From Candidatus Krumholzibacteriota bacterium (GTDB lineage: Bacteria > Krumholzibacteriota > Krumholzibacteriia > JAJRXK01), in NCBI GenBank assembly GCA_963764625.1, contig CAVXTH010000006.1, positions 138,029-202,028 of the forward strand: a stretch of 64,000 nucleotides of DNA, given 5' to 3'. Of the stretch, positions 27,865 to 38,054 are shown piece after piece (position 1 is the stretch's first letter; every line of letters starts with the position of its first letter). The notes beneath the pieces were generated by a model. That model had not been told where the DNA came from. It made no database searches and saw nothing but the letters and a program-made list of their open reading frames with translations. Position numbers and translations under genes: made by a program.

Positions 27865-29052
27865 ATGTCGACCAAAGCCGTGATTCTCTCGGGCGCACGT
27901 ACCCCGGTGGGAAAGTTCCAGGGGGGTCTTGCCCCGATCAAAGCTACCGAGCTTGGAGCCATCGCCGTGAAAGAGGCGGTAAGACGCGCAAAAGTCCCTG
28001 CCGAAAAGGTGAACGAGGTCGTGATGGGTTGTGTACTGCCGGCCGGCCTCGGTCAGAATCCGGCGCGACAGGCCTCCATCTACAGCGGATTGCCCAATAC
28101 CATCAGCGCCATGACCATCAACAAAGTTTGCGGAAGTGGGTTGAGAGCGGTGGCCCTCGCGGCGCAATTCATCAAGGCCCAAGACGCATCATTGGTGGTA
28201 GCGGGGGGCATGGAGAGCATGAGCAATACGCCGTACTCTCTGCCCGGCGCGCGCACCGGCTACCGCCTCGGCCATGGCCAGCTCATCGATCTCATGGTTC
28301 ACGACGGACTGTGGGACGTCTACAACGACTTCCACATGGGAATGACTGCGGAGCTGGTGGCCGAGAAATACAAGATCAGCCGTGAAGAGCAAGATCAGTA
28401 CGCCTATTCCAGCCACCAAAAGGCGATCGCTGCCATGGACGCGGGTCGCTTCAAGAAGGAAATCGTTCCGGTGGAAGTGAAAACGCGTAAGGGAACCATC
28501 GTGGTCGACACGGACGAAGGTCCCCGGCGCGAAACCACCCTGGAGGCTCTGGCCAAGCTCCGTCCCGCGTTCAAGCGTGACGGGGGGACCGTCACGGCCG
28601 GCAACGCGCCCAGCGTGAACGACGGTGCGGCGGCGGTAGTGGTGGCCAGCGAGGACTTCGCCAAGGAGATGGGTGCCGGGGAATGGTTCGAGATCGAGGC
28701 GTATGCCACCGGAGCTCTCGAGCCCGAATGGGTCATGATGGCGCCGGTGAAGGCAGTGCGAAATCTACTCGCCAAGACCAAGAGCGGGATCAGCGATTTC
28801 CCCCTCATCGAACTGAACGAAGCTTTTTCCGTGCAGGCGCTCGCCGTCATGCGCGAACTCGAAATGGATCCGGCCCGAGTGAACGTTAATGGCGGCGCGG
28901 TGGCTTTGGGCCATCCGATCGGCGCCAGTGGAACGCGGATTCTCGTCACCCTCATGCACGCGATGATCGACCAGGATGTCGAAAGAGGTCTGGCCGCTCT
29001 CTGCCTCGGTGGAGGCGATGCGGTGGCTCTCAGCGTGCGACGCGTCGCCTGA
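27865..29052 (+). CDS. Acetyl-CoA C-acetyltransferase (thiolase II)
   Basis: [22 protein letters not shown]..., ...[11 protein letters not shown]... (active-site Cys), C-terminal ...[18 protein letters not shown]...[10 protein letters not shown]... Confidence 0.9.
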   Translation: MSTKAVILSGARTPVGKFQGGLAPIKATELGAIAVKEAVRRAKVPAEKVNEVVMGCVLPAGLGQNPARQASIYSGLPNTISAMTINKVCGSGLRAVALAAQFIKAQDASLVVAGGMESMSNTPYSLPGARTGYRLGHGQLIDLMVHDGLWDVYNDFHMGMTAELVAEKYKISREEQDQYAYSSHQKAIAAMDAGRFKKEIVPVEVKTRKGTIVVDTDEGPRRETTLEALAKLRPAFKRDGGTVTAGNAPSVNDGAAAVVVASEDFAKEMGAGEWFEIEAYATGALEPEWVMMAPVKAVRNLLAKTKSGISDFPLIELNEAFSVQALAVMRELEMDPARVNVNGGAVALGHPIGASGTRILVTLMHAMIDQDVERGLAALCLGGGDAVALSVRRVA

Positions 29053-29067
29053 GAAGGAGTGAATGTC

Positions 29068-29922
29068 ATGATCAGCCGGAAGATCGCCGTCATCGGCGGC
29101 GGAACCATGGGAAACGGGATTGCCCACGTCTTCGCGCAGAACGGCCACGAGACGGTTCTGGTGGACGTCGACGACGCGGCGCTCGCCCGCGCGCGCAAGA
29201 CGATCGAATCGAACCTCGCCCGCCAGGTCAAGAAAGAGAAGATCACCCAGGACACCGCCGACGCCTCGCTCTCGCGCCTCGATTTCACTGCTGACCTAAG
29301 TAGGGTCAAGGGGTGCGCTCTGGTGGTGGAGGCCGTATTCGAGCGCAAGGACGTGAAGCTGGGCATCTACGAGAAGGTCGTTCCTCTTCTGGGGGCCCAG
29401 ACCATTCTCGCCAGCAACACTTCGTCGATTTCCATCACGGAACTGGGTGCGGCCACTAAAATGGCCGATCGCTTCATCGGGATGCACTTCTTCAACCCCG
29501 TCCCCATGATGAAGCTCGTGGAGGTCATAAGGGGGTATCACACTTCGGACGAGACCACCAAAAAAGTGGTGGAGATCGCGCGCGATTTGGGGAAAACCCC
29601 CGTCGAAGTGAACGACTACCCGGGCTTCGTGAGCAATCGCGTGCTCATGCCCATGATCAACGAGGCCATCTACTGCCTCATGGAAGGGGTGGCCACGGCG
29701 GAAGGCATCGATGAGGTCATGAAGCTGGGAATGGCCCACCCCATGGGACCTCTGACCTTGGCGGATTTCATCGGATTGGATGTTTGCCTCGACATCATGA
29801 ACGTACTCTTCAGCGAGCTCGGAGATCCAAAGTACCGCCCGTGCCCCTTGCTCAAGAAGATGGTCGCCGCGAACGACCTGGGACGGAAGAGTGGACGCGG
29901 CTTCTACGCTTACGGCAACTGA
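29068..29922 (+). CDS. hbd: 3-hydroxybutyryl-CoA dehydrogenase
   Basis: ...[29 protein letters not shown]... Rossmann fold. ...[18 protein letters not shown]... matches the 3HCDH family. Confidence 0.9.
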   Translation: MISRKIAVIGGGTMGNGIAHVFAQNGHETVLVDVDDAALARARKTIESNLARQVKKEKITQDTADASLSRLDFTADLSRVKGCALVVEAVFERKDVKLGIYEKVVPLLGAQTILASNTSSISITELGAATKMADRFIGMHFFNPVPMMKLVEVIRGYHTSDETTKKVVEIARDLGKTPVEVNDYPGFVSNRVLMPMINEAIYCLMEGVATAEGIDEVMKLGMAHPMGPLTLADFIGLDVCLDIMNVLFSELGDPKYRPCPLLKKMVAANDLGRKSGRGFYAYGN

Positions 29923-29936
29923 AAGGAAACTTGATC

Positions 29937-31076
29937 GTGAAATTCGAGCTGACCAGTGAGCAGGAGCTCATCCGCAAGACAGCGCGGGAATTCACCGAGA
30001 ACGAAATCGTCCCCCATGCGGCGGAATGGGATGAACAGAGCCGGTACCCGAAGGAAGTCGTGGTCAAGATGGCCGAGCTGGGCTTCATGGGCATGTTCGT
30101 GCCCGAAAAGTGGGGCGGGGCCGGTCTCGATCACCTCAGTTACTGTCTAGCGGTGGAAGAAATCTCCCGCGGCGACGCTTCCTGCGGCGTCATCATGTCC
30201 GTGAACAACAGCCTCAGCTGCTGGCCGCTCATGCGATACGGAACCGATGAGCAGAAGAAGCGCTGGCTGAAGCCCATGGCGCAGGGCGAGACTCTGGGTG
30301 CGTATTGCCTGTCCGAACCCGAGGCGGGAACCGACGCGGCGGCGCAGAGTACAGTGGCCGAGGCCGATGGCGATGGCTTCATTCTGCGCGGCACCAAGAA
30401 CTTCATCACCAACGGGGCCAGCGCCAACACGCTCATCGTCTTCGCGATGACTGACAAGTCGGTGGGACACAAGGGAATCAGCGCCTTCGTGGTGGATTCG
30501 AATTCAAAAGGCGTGCAGGTGACGCATACCGAACACAAGATGGGCATCCGCGCCAGCGAGACCGCCCAGCTCGCGTTCGACGACGTGAAGCTCGGTCCCG
30601 AGAACCTGCTGGGAAAGACGGGCGAGGGATTCAAGATCGCCATGAATACGCTCGACGGAGGGCGCATCGGGATCGCCGCCCAGGCCGTCGGAATCGCGCA
30701 GGCCGCTCTGGAGCACGCCATCAACTATTCGAAGGAACGCGAACAGTTCGGACGCACTCTGTCCAAATTCCAGGCGATCCAGTTCAAGCTTGCCGACATG
30801 GCGATGAGAATCGACGCCTCGCGATTGCTCACCTTCCGCGCGGCCTTCGTGAAAGATCAGGGCCAGGCGCATCCTTCCGAAAGCGCGATGGCCAAGCTCA
30901 TGGCCTCCAATACGGCGGTCTTCTGCGCCGAGGAGGCGGTACAGATCTTCGGCGGCAACGGCTACTCCAAGGAATACCCGGTGGAGAAGCTCATGCGCGA
31001 CGCCAAGATCTGTGACATCTACGAGGGTACCAGCGAAGTGCAACGAATGGTCATCGCAGCCAAGTTGCTGGCCTGA
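29937..31076 (+). CDS. Acyl-CoA dehydrogenase 2
   Basis: GTG start. 379 aa. ...YCLSEPEAGTDAAA..., ...QIFGGNGYSKEYPVEKLMRDAKICDIYEGTSEVQRMVIA... Confidence 0.9.
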   Translation: MKFELTSEQELIRKTAREFTENEIVPHAAEWDEQSRYPKEVVVKMAELGFMGMFVPEKWGGAGLDHLSYCLAVEEISRGDASCGVIMSVNNSLSCWPLMRYGTDEQKKRWLKPMAQGETLGAYCLSEPEAGTDAAAQSTVAEADGDGFILRGTKNFITNGASANTLIVFAMTDKSVGHKGISAFVVDSNSKGVQVTHTEHKMGIRASETAQLAFDDVKLGPENLLGKTGEGFKIAMNTLDGGRIGIAAQAVGIAQAALEHAINYSKEREQFGRTLSKFQAIQFKLADMAMRIDASRLLTFRAAFVKDQGQAHPSESAMAKLMASNTAVFCAEEAVQIFGGNGYSKEYPVEKLMRDAKICDIYEGTSEVQRMVIAAKLLA

Positions 31077-31140
31077 TTTCGTGTACGGACTTCACCGGCG
31101 CACCAGGTAGTTGCCGGACGTCCGGACGCAGGAGACGGGA

Positions 31141-32286
31141 ATGGATTTTTCTCTCAACGAGCAACAGGAACTCTTCGTCAAGGGAACAGCCGATTTCGCC
31201 CGCGGAGAGATCGAACCGCTTTGCCGGCAGATGGATGAAGAGGGGATCATCGACCCCGGTTTGCTCTCAAAGCTCAAGGAGCAGGGCTATTTCGGTCTGA
31301 GCTTTCCTGAGGAATTCGGGGGAGTGGGCCTGGACACTCTCACCTACGGATTGGTGATCGCCGAGCTCGCCAAAGTCGACGCGGGAATCGCCATCATGGT
31401 CGGGGTCCACAACAGCGTGGGCAGTTACCCGGTGATGCACTTCGGCAGCCTCGAACTGAAGCAGAGGGTTCTTCCCGCGATGGCACTGGGTAACCTGGGG
31501 TCATTTTGCGTGACCGAACCCGGGGCCGGGAGCGACGCGGCCAGTCTCAGCTGCCGCGCCGAACGTAGCGCGAGCGGCTATCGTCTGAGTGGAGAGAAGA
31601 TCTGGGTGACCAACGGCTACCACGCCCGCTTCTTCGTGGTTCTCGCCCGGCTCGACGGCATTCCAGGACACGAGGGCATCTCCGCTTTTCTCGTCGAACG
31701 GGACGCCAAGGGGCTCTCCATCGGCGCCAAGGAAAAGAAGATGGGCTTGCGCAGCTCGGACGCGGTGTCGGTGATTCTGGATGGGGTGGAAGTGAGCCGG
31801 GAAAACCTGATCGGCCGCGAGGGGCAGGGATTCGAGATCGCCATGGTGAGTCTCGACGGCGGCCGTATTGGAGTCGCCTACCAGTCCATCGGCCTAGCCA
31901 CCGCCGCTCTGGAGGCCGCCCGTGACTATGCCAGCGAGCGCGAGCAGTTCGGGAGGCCGATCGCGCAGTTCCAGGCCATTCAGTGGATGCTGGCGGACAT
32001 GGGCACCGAGCTCGAACAGTCCAGCCTACTGGCGCACAAGGCCGCGACCCTTCGCGATGAGGGAAAGCCCTTCACCCGGATCGCGGCCATGGCGAAGTAC
32101 TCGGCCAGTGAGATGGTGAATCGGGTGGTGGATCGGGCCCTTCAGATCCACGGAGGCTACGGCTACTCCAAGGACTATCCAGTGGAGAGGTACTATCGCG
32201 ATGCCCGCGTATTGCGCATCTACGAGGGCACGAGCGAAGTCCAGAAGATCGTGATCGCCCGCAAACTGCTCAGCGGCTCCGACTGA
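31141..32286 (+). CDS. Acyl-CoA dehydrogenase 3
   Basis: 381 aa. ...[14 protein letters not shown]..., ...QIHGGYGYSKDYPVERYYRDARVLRIYEGTSEVQKIVIA... Confidence 0.9.
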   Translation: MDFSLNEQQELFVKGTADFARGEIEPLCRQMDEEGIIDPGLLSKLKEQGYFGLSFPEEFGGVGLDTLTYGLVIAELAKVDAGIAIMVGVHNSVGSYPVMHFGSLELKQRVLPAMALGNLGSFCVTEPGAGSDAASLSCRAERSASGYRLSGEKIWVTNGYHARFFVVLARLDGIPGHEGISAFLVERDAKGLSIGAKEKKMGLRSSDAVSVILDGVEVSRENLIGREGQGFEIAMVSLDGGRIGVAYQSIGLATAALEAARDYASEREQFGRPIAQFQAIQWMLADMGTELEQSSLLAHKAATLRDEGKPFTRIAAMAKYSASEMVNRVVDRALQIHGGYGYSKDYPVERYYRDARVLRIYEGTSEVQKIVIARKLLSGSD

Positions 32287-32355
32287 GGGCGCGGCTCGGG
32301 CGGGCCGACCCCACCTCGATTAGGTTGTTCTCACCCCCTCATTCCGGAGATTGGC

Positions 32356-33324
32356 GTGTCCTCTGCGGTCCATGAATTCCAAGTTCTTTTGGCGGCTCCT
32401 CGTGGTTTCTGCGCCGGGGTTGAGCGGGCGATCGAGATCGTCGATCTCGCGCTGGAGCTCATGGAAGGTCCGATCTACGTACGCAAGGAAATCGTGCACA
32501 ATCGACACGTCGTGCAGCGCTTCGTGAGGCAGGGTGTCATTTTCGTGGAGGAACTTGACGAAGTTCCCGAAGGAAGCACCTGTGTCTTCAGCGCGCACGG
32601 CGTCTCTCCCCGGGTATGGGAGAAGAGTCTTCAGAGGGGCCTCAAGATCATCGACGCCACCTGTCCTCTGGTGACCAAGGTGCACATGGAGGTTCTCAGG
32701 CAGGTCAAGGCGGGAGACACCGTCATCCTCATCGGCCACGAGGGGCACGACGAAGTCCTGGGCACCATGGGGCAGGCTCCCGGCAGAGTCGAGTTGGTGC
32801 AGAGCGTCGAAGATGTCGAGCGTATGCGGGTGGAGAATCCCTCCCGTCTGGCCTACGTGACCCAGACCACGCTTTCGGTCGATGAAACCCTGGGTATCAT
32901 CGAGGCCCTCAGAAAGAGATTTCCTCTCATCCAGGGCCCCAAGAAGAACGACATCTGCTATGCCACGCAAAATCGCCAGGAGGCGGTCAAGGACCTGCTG
33001 GGGGTGGAACATATCGAGCTCTTGCTCGTGGTGGGAAGTAGCAACTCCTCCAATAGCCGCCGATTGGTCGAGGTGGCGCGGAGCGCGCAGGTCGCGGGAC
33101 ACCTCATCGACGATGCTTCGGAGATTCAGAGCTCATGGTTGACTGGAATCAAGAGAGTGGGCGTCACCGCCGGTGCGAGCGCACCGGAGGATTTGGTGGA
33201 AGAGGTGCTGCAGCGCTTGCGATCGCTGGGCGGCACGGTGCACGAGAAAGAAGTTATTGCCGAAACGGTCACCTTTCCCATACCACCTGAATTGGTGCGC
33301 CCTGGCGTCGAAGACAGTCGTTGA
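32356..33324 (+). CDS. ispH: 4-hydroxy-3-methylbut-2-enyl diphosphate reductase
   Basis: ...LLAAPRGFCAGVERAIEIV..., ...HEGHDEVLGT..., ...ICYATQNRQEAVK... are IspH/LytB motifs including the conserved Cys. Confidence 0.9.
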   Translation: MSSAVHEFQVLLAAPRGFCAGVERAIEIVDLALELMEGPIYVRKEIVHNRHVVQRFVRQGVIFVEELDEVPEGSTCVFSAHGVSPRVWEKSLQRGLKIIDATCPLVTKVHMEVLRQVKAGDTVILIGHEGHDEVLGTMGQAPGRVELVQSVEDVERMRVENPSRLAYVTQTTLSVDETLGIIEALRKRFPLIQGPKKNDICYATQNRQEAVKDLLGVEHIELLLVVGSSNSSNSRRLVEVARSAQVAGHLIDDASEIQSSWLTGIKRVGVTAGASAPEDLVEEVLQRLRSLGGTVHEKEVIAETVTFPIPPELVRPGVEDSR

Positions 33325-33340
33325 TCCCATACTCTCCAAT

Positions 33341-33350
33341 TTGCCGGCAA
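33341..33350 (+). promoter_or_regulatory. Perfect 10-bp palindrome TTGCCGGCAA in a 279-bp AT-richer intergenic region upstream of the Gld-like ABC operon. Candidate operator.
   Basis: The sequence is its own reverse complement. It sits in the only sizeable non-coding gap of this region, ~250 nt upstream of the ATG at 33604. Confidence 0.25.
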
Positions 33351-33603
33351 AAATTTTCCTCCGCGGACAAATTTCTCCATCGAAGCTGGAACCACCCCGG
33401 CTTGATGGCGTATAGAATCCCTCGTGGAAGGCACTCTCGCCAGCGCTGTGCTCGGTGGACGCTTCGCGGATCATCTCCTATACTGCCCGATCGGACAAAG
33501 GAGAGGCTGCGTTCTTGCGAGACCGTGGACCTTCCCAACGCCGCACATACGCGACACGACATTCAATTCAGCACTGGTGTGATCATCCGGAGGTACCTGT
33601 ACG

Positions 33604-34569
33604 ATGATCCAGGTCAGAGACGTGACAAAGGTCTATGGCCCGACCAAGGCTCTGGACAAAGTCTCATTCGAAGTGGGAAAGAGACAGATTCTGGGCTTTC
33701 TCGGGCCCAATGGCGCCGGCAAGAGCACGGCCATGAAGATCATCACGAGCTACATCGCACCCACCGAAGGCATGGTCACGGTGGGGGGCATCGATGTCGC
33801 CAAAGATCCCATCTCCGTCCGGCGACTGATCGGTTATCTCCCGGAGACGACCCCGCTCTACGAAGGCATGCAAGTCGACCAGTATCTGCGCTTCTGCGCC
33901 AAGGCACGCGGCCTGGCGGGGGCGCGTCTGAGTTCGCGGATCGACTGGGTGGTGCAGCAATGCGGGCTGGAACAGATGTACAAGAAGGACATCAATCAGC
34001 TCTCCAAGGGCTTCAAGCAGCGCACGGGACTGGCCCAAGCCCTCATTCACGACCCGGAAATCCTGATTCTTGACGAACCCACCACCGGCCTCGATCCGCT
34101 GCAGATCATTCAGATTCGCAAGCTCATCCAGGAACTGGCCCACGAGAAGACGGTGATCTTCTCCACCCACATTCTGCAGGAAGTTTCCTCGACCACCGAT
34201 CGGGTCATCATCATCAACAACGGCCGCATCATCGCTGACGGGTATCTCAACGACTTGCAGTCGGACGCGCAGGGGGGGGCGCAGCTCCGCGTCGCCCTGA
34301 TCGCGGCACGAGAGGACGTGGAGAGGAGCCTCACCGCGCTCGACTCGGTGTCTTCAGTCAATATCGTTTCCGATTCGGATGGAGTGGTGACCACTCGCTT
34401 GAGGGGTACCGATGGAGTGGATCTTCGCCGTGAGGTCGGGCGGCTGGCCGCGGCGAAGAGCTGGGCCGTTATGGAAATGGGTGTCCCGGAGGTCAGTCTG
34501 GAGGATGCCTTCATCGAGTATATACGGCGCAGTAACGAGCAGCACCGCAAGGAGGCGCAACATGTCTAA
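33604..34569 (+). CDS. ABC transporter ATP-binding protein (ABC-2 / GldA-like)
   Basis: MIQVRDVTKVYG...LGPNGAGKSTAMKII... Walker A, LSKGFKQRTGLAQAL signature, ILILDEPTTGLD Walker B. Confidence 0.85.
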   Translation: MIQVRDVTKVYGPTKALDKVSFEVGKRQILGFLGPNGAGKSTAMKIITSYIAPTEGMVTVGGIDVAKDPISVRRLIGYLPETTPLYEGMQVDQYLRFCAKARGLAGARLSSRIDWVVQQCGLEQMYKKDINQLSKGFKQRTGLAQALIHDPEILILDEPTTGLDPLQIIQIRKLIQELAHEKTVIFSTHILQEVSSTTDRVIIINNGRIIADGYLNDLQSDAQGGAQLRVALIAAREDVERSLTALDSVSSVNIVSDSDGVVTTRLRGTDGVDLRREVGRLAAAKSWAVMEMGVPEVSLEDAFIEYIRRSNEQHRKEAQHV

Positions 34570-35287
34570 CACCGGCGTGATCTTCCGCCGAGAGTTCCGA
34601 GGGTATTTCGACTCGCCCATCGCGTACATCTTCGTCATCGTCTACTTGCTGCTGAACGCGGGCTTCTTCATGAGCGGATTCTTCCTCTCCGGTGAAGCGA
34701 GCTTGCGAGCGTTCTTCGAGAATCTGCCGCTCTTCAACATCTTCTTCCTGCCCGCGATCACGATGGGCCTGTGGGCGAACGAACAGCAGGGTGGCACCTT
34801 CGAATTGCTGATGACCCTCCCGATGAAGTCGTGGCAGGTGGTGACCGGGAAATACCTGGCGGCCCTGGCCTTCTACACGATCGCGCTTGCGTGCACCTTC
34901 ACGCTTCCTCTGATGGTGACGAGCTTGGGGAACGCCGATTCGGGCGCGATCTTCACCGGCTACGTGGGAGCGCTCCTGCTAGGAGCCTTCTATTTGGCAC
35001 TGGGGATCTTCATCAGCGGTCTGTTCAAGGAGCAGATCGCTGCCTTCATCGTCACCTGCCTGGTCTGTCTCTTTTTCCTCCTCTTGGGCAACGACTTCGT
35101 GGTGGCGGGAATCGACGGCTGGATCGCCGGATTCGGGAGCTTCCTGAGGGATCACGTGGCGTTCTCGGTGCACTGGAATTCGCTCCAACGCGGCGTCATC
35201 GACTTCAGTTCGATTCTCTACTTCATCACCATGCCGGCGCTCTTCTTGGGACTGAATGCCATCTCTCTCGAGAGGAGGCGGTACTGA
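34560..35287 (+). CDS. ABC-2 family permease (GldF-like)
   Basis: Six predicted TM segments. Overlaps the ATPase stop by 10 nt, and its stop overlaps the next gene start (ATGA). Confidence 0.75.
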
Positions 35288-37011
35288 TGACGACTCGCAA
35301 GACCAGTTTCACCCTCACCTTCACCATCGCGGCCGTCGTACTCTTTGCCATCGTCGTCTTCTTCAATGCGATCGTGGGAAGCCAGAGCAAGGCGCGAATC
35401 GACTTCACGCAGGACAAGATCTACACCATGAGTCCGGCGGCGAAGCGCATCATGGCCCAACTCAAGGTGCCGGTGCACGTGAAGCTCTACATCACACAGG
35501 CCTCCGACATGCCGACGGGCCTCAAGAGTCTCGAGCGCAACATCACCGATAAACTCGAGGAGTACAAGGCGGCCTCGGGAGGAAAGTTGACCTACACGGT
35601 CTCCGATCCCTCTCAGGACGAGGACCTGGCGCAAAAGATCCAGGCCAAGGGAATCAGACCGTTTCAGGTGCAAAGCATCGAAAAAGACGAGATCGGCCTG
35701 AAGCTGGTGTATTCGGCGCTCGAGATGAGCTACAAGGACAAGGACCCTGAGATCATTCCCCAGGTCGCTCCAAAGACACTCGACACTCTCGAGTACGAGA
35801 TCTGTCGCCGCATCATCAAACTGACCCGCGACAAGCCGCCGGTCCTGGCCATCTACTCATCCAAGGAGAGTTTGGACCCGCAGATGGTGCAGCTCTACAT
35901 GCAGATGGGACAGCAGCCGCCGGCGCCGCGGGATCTCTACTCGCAGATGCCCCAGATCTTCCAGGGTCAGGGCTACGACGCGCGCAGAGTCGAGATCACG
36001 CAGGAATCGCCCATTCCCGACGACGCGGCCACTCTTTTGATTCTCTCTCCGAAGAACCTCACCGACCGGCAGCGCTACGAGATCGCGAAGTTTCTGCACC
36101 GGGGCGGGCAGGTGTTCCTCGCGGTGCAGAACCACGAGTACGACTATAATCCGGGTCAAAGGGGCGGATTCGACGTTTCGGCGCGACCGATCACCACTGG
36201 AATCGAGCCGCTGCTCGAGGACTACGGAGTTCGTGTCTCCAAGGGCGTTTTCATGGACGAGAACCTCGAGACCCTCTCGATTCCGCGGATGCAGAACTTC
36301 GGCGGCATGCGGGTTCAGGTCGCCGAACCCGTCCAGGCTCCGATTCAGATCAAGGTGACGGGAGATCAGTTCAACCAGAACCTGTCGGTCTCCAGCCGTC
36401 TGGGAAAGCTCCTCTATCTGTGGGGAGGCCGGTTGGTGCTGGACGATTCGAAACTGAATTCGGTGAAGCTGTCGCACGACGTCCTCTTCACCTCATCGAA
36501 CAAGTCGTGGGAGGTGGACAACGACGGGGGTCCCCTCACCCAGCGAGACTTCACTTTCGATCAGGCGACTGCGCACTCGCGCGCTCCCCTGGCGGTGATG
36601 CTGCACGGAGAATTCCCCAACCCTTACGAAGGGCAAGCGATTCCCACCTGGGGCCCCAGCGATTCGACGACCACCGGCAAGGCGGTGAGCGAGAAAGCAG
36701 GGGAGGGCACGCTGATTCTCGTAGGCTGTGGAAAGATGTTCGAGGACAGCTATCTGCAGGCGGGCGGCTACAACAATGCACTGCTCATCCTCAATGGAAT
36801 CGACGTCTTGACTCTGGGCGAGGACCTCATTCAGGTGAGGGCGAAGACCACTGAGCAGAGGGCGATCCACGAAGTCTCGCAACAGGGAAAGCTCTTCTGG
36901 AGGACTCTCACCACCGTTCTCGTCCCGCTGCTCGTCGCGCTCTACGGAATCGCTCGCACGATACGCCGTCGTCGCACGCAGGCGGCCTGGCTCCACATGC
37001 ACACGAGTTGA
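35287..37011 (+). CDS. GldG-like auxiliary component of ABC-2 transporter
   Basis: 574 aa with an N-terminal TM anchor, a large periplasmic domain and a C-terminal TM helix (...TVLVPLLVALYGIARTIRRRR). Matches the GldG-family topology. Translationally coupled to the upstream permease. Confidence 0.7.
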   Translation: MTTRKTSFTLTFTIAAVVLFAIVVFFNAIVGSQSKARIDFTQDKIYTMSPAAKRIMAQLKVPVHVKLYITQASDMPTGLKSLERNITDKLEEYKAASGGKLTYTVSDPSQDEDLAQKIQAKGIRPFQVQSIEKDEIGLKLVYSALEMSYKDKDPEIIPQVAPKTLDTLEYEICRRIIKLTRDKPPVLAIYSSKESLDPQMVQLYMQMGQQPPAPRDLYSQMPQIFQGQGYDARRVEITQESPIPDDAATLLILSPKNLTDRQRYEIAKFLHRGGQVFLAVQNHEYDYNPGQRGGFDVSARPITTGIEPLLEDYGVRVSKGVFMDENLETLSIPRMQNFGGMRVQVAEPVQAPIQIKVTGDQFNQNLSVSSRLGKLLYLWGGRLVLDDSKLNSVKLSHDVLFTSSNKSWEVDNDGGPLTQRDFTFDQATAHSRAPLAVMLHGEFPNPYEGQAIPTWGPSDSTTTGKAVSEKAGEGTLILVGCGKMFEDSYLQAGGYNNALLILNGIDVLTLGEDLIQVRAKTTEQRAIHEVSQQGKLFWRTLTTVLVPLLVALYGIARTIRRRRTQAAWLHMHTS

Positions 37012-37032
37012 GCAAGGAGGGTACGGACTGAC

Positions 37033-38049
37033 ATGAACAACCGGACTCTAGGGGTTCTTCTGGTACTTCTCATTCTGTTCGCAGGTGGCTATTGGTACAG
37101 CAAGAATCAACGGCGCGACCTGGACCAGACGGGAGGATACGTGGACCTGGTGAAGGGGACCCTGTCCACCGATACGGTCTACGGTCTCTCCGTTTATCGC
37201 GGCTCGCATCCCGACAAGGGCTTCACCCTCGTGCGTCGCGGCAATGACTGGATCATGAACTCTCACCACGACGCCAAGGCCAACCTCAATCGCCTGCGCA
37301 CGCTTCTGAGCAATCTGGAGAATCTCGACGGGGAGCCACGTTCCAACGATCCCTCCGTACTCGCCGACTACGATCTCGACGATTCCAATGCGGTGCATCT
37401 GGTGCTCAAGGACGAGAGCGGCGGCGAGATCCTGCATCTGCTTTTGGGAAAGTCCGCCACCGGCGGTGGCTTCGTCCGGAAGGAGGGCAGCAATCAAGTC
37501 CTCTTAGGCAGCCGTAATCTCTTGAGCGACTTCGGAATCTGGGGAGAGGACAATCCGAACCCGGTCGCCACCACTTGGCTCGACCTCGACATCTACAAAC
37601 CAGATCGCGAATCGGTGAGTTCCATTGCCTTCCAGAAGGGAAAGAACCTGATCGCCATGAAAAAGGTTCTTCAGAAGCCGGCCAAGGTTGACACCACGGC
37701 GGTGAAGAAGCCCATCCCTTACGAATGGGAAGTCACCAAACCCAAGCACTTCACCGCTCTCAAGACACGAGCCGATGGCGTGCTCACCACTCTGACCAAC
37801 ATGCGCGCGCGCGATGTCGCTCCCAAGCCCGATTCGCCCGACGAATACGGATTGGGGAAGGATGCGGACTGGGCGGAGGTGACCGTGGGCGACAGCACCA
37901 CCACTCGCTTGCTCTTCGGCAAGGAAGGCCCCGAGGGCCAGTTCTACATGAAAGTGCAAGGGGATGACCGTTACTGGTTGGTCTCGGACTACGTGCGCGG
38001 AAACGTGTTCAAGCCTCTCAAAGAGTTCGAGCCCAACAACAAGGACTGA
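37033..38049 (+). CDS. DUF4340-like protein, the usual partner of GldG-type ABC systems
   Basis: N-terminal TM anchor (LGVLLVLLILFAGGYW). 338 aa. Sits immediately downstream of the GldG-like gene, as DUF4340 genes usually do. Confidence 0.55.
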   Translation: MNNRTLGVLLVLLILFAGGYWYSKNQRRDLDQTGGYVDLVKGTLSTDTVYGLSVYRGSHPDKGFTLVRRGNDWIMNSHHDAKANLNRLRTLLSNLENLDGEPRSNDPSVLADYDLDDSNAVHLVLKDESGGEILHLLLGKSATGGGFVRKEGSNQVLLGSRNLLSDFGIWGEDNPNPVATTWLDLDIYKPDRESVSSIAFQKGKNLIAMKKVLQKPAKVDTTAVKKPIPYEWEVTKPKHFTALKTRADGVLTTLTNMRARDVAPKPDSPDEYGLGKDADWAEVTVGDSTTTRLLFGKEGPEGQFYMKVQGDDRYWLVSDYVRGNVFKPLKEFEPNNKD

Positions 38050-38054
38050 GTTCT

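Noticed and set aside
34771-35286. Upstream part of the 746-aa ORF ending at 37011
   Set aside because: Garbage-like, and in a different frame from the GldF-like permease that genuinely occupies the region. The GldG-like protein starts at the ATG at 35287 with an N-terminal TM anchor.
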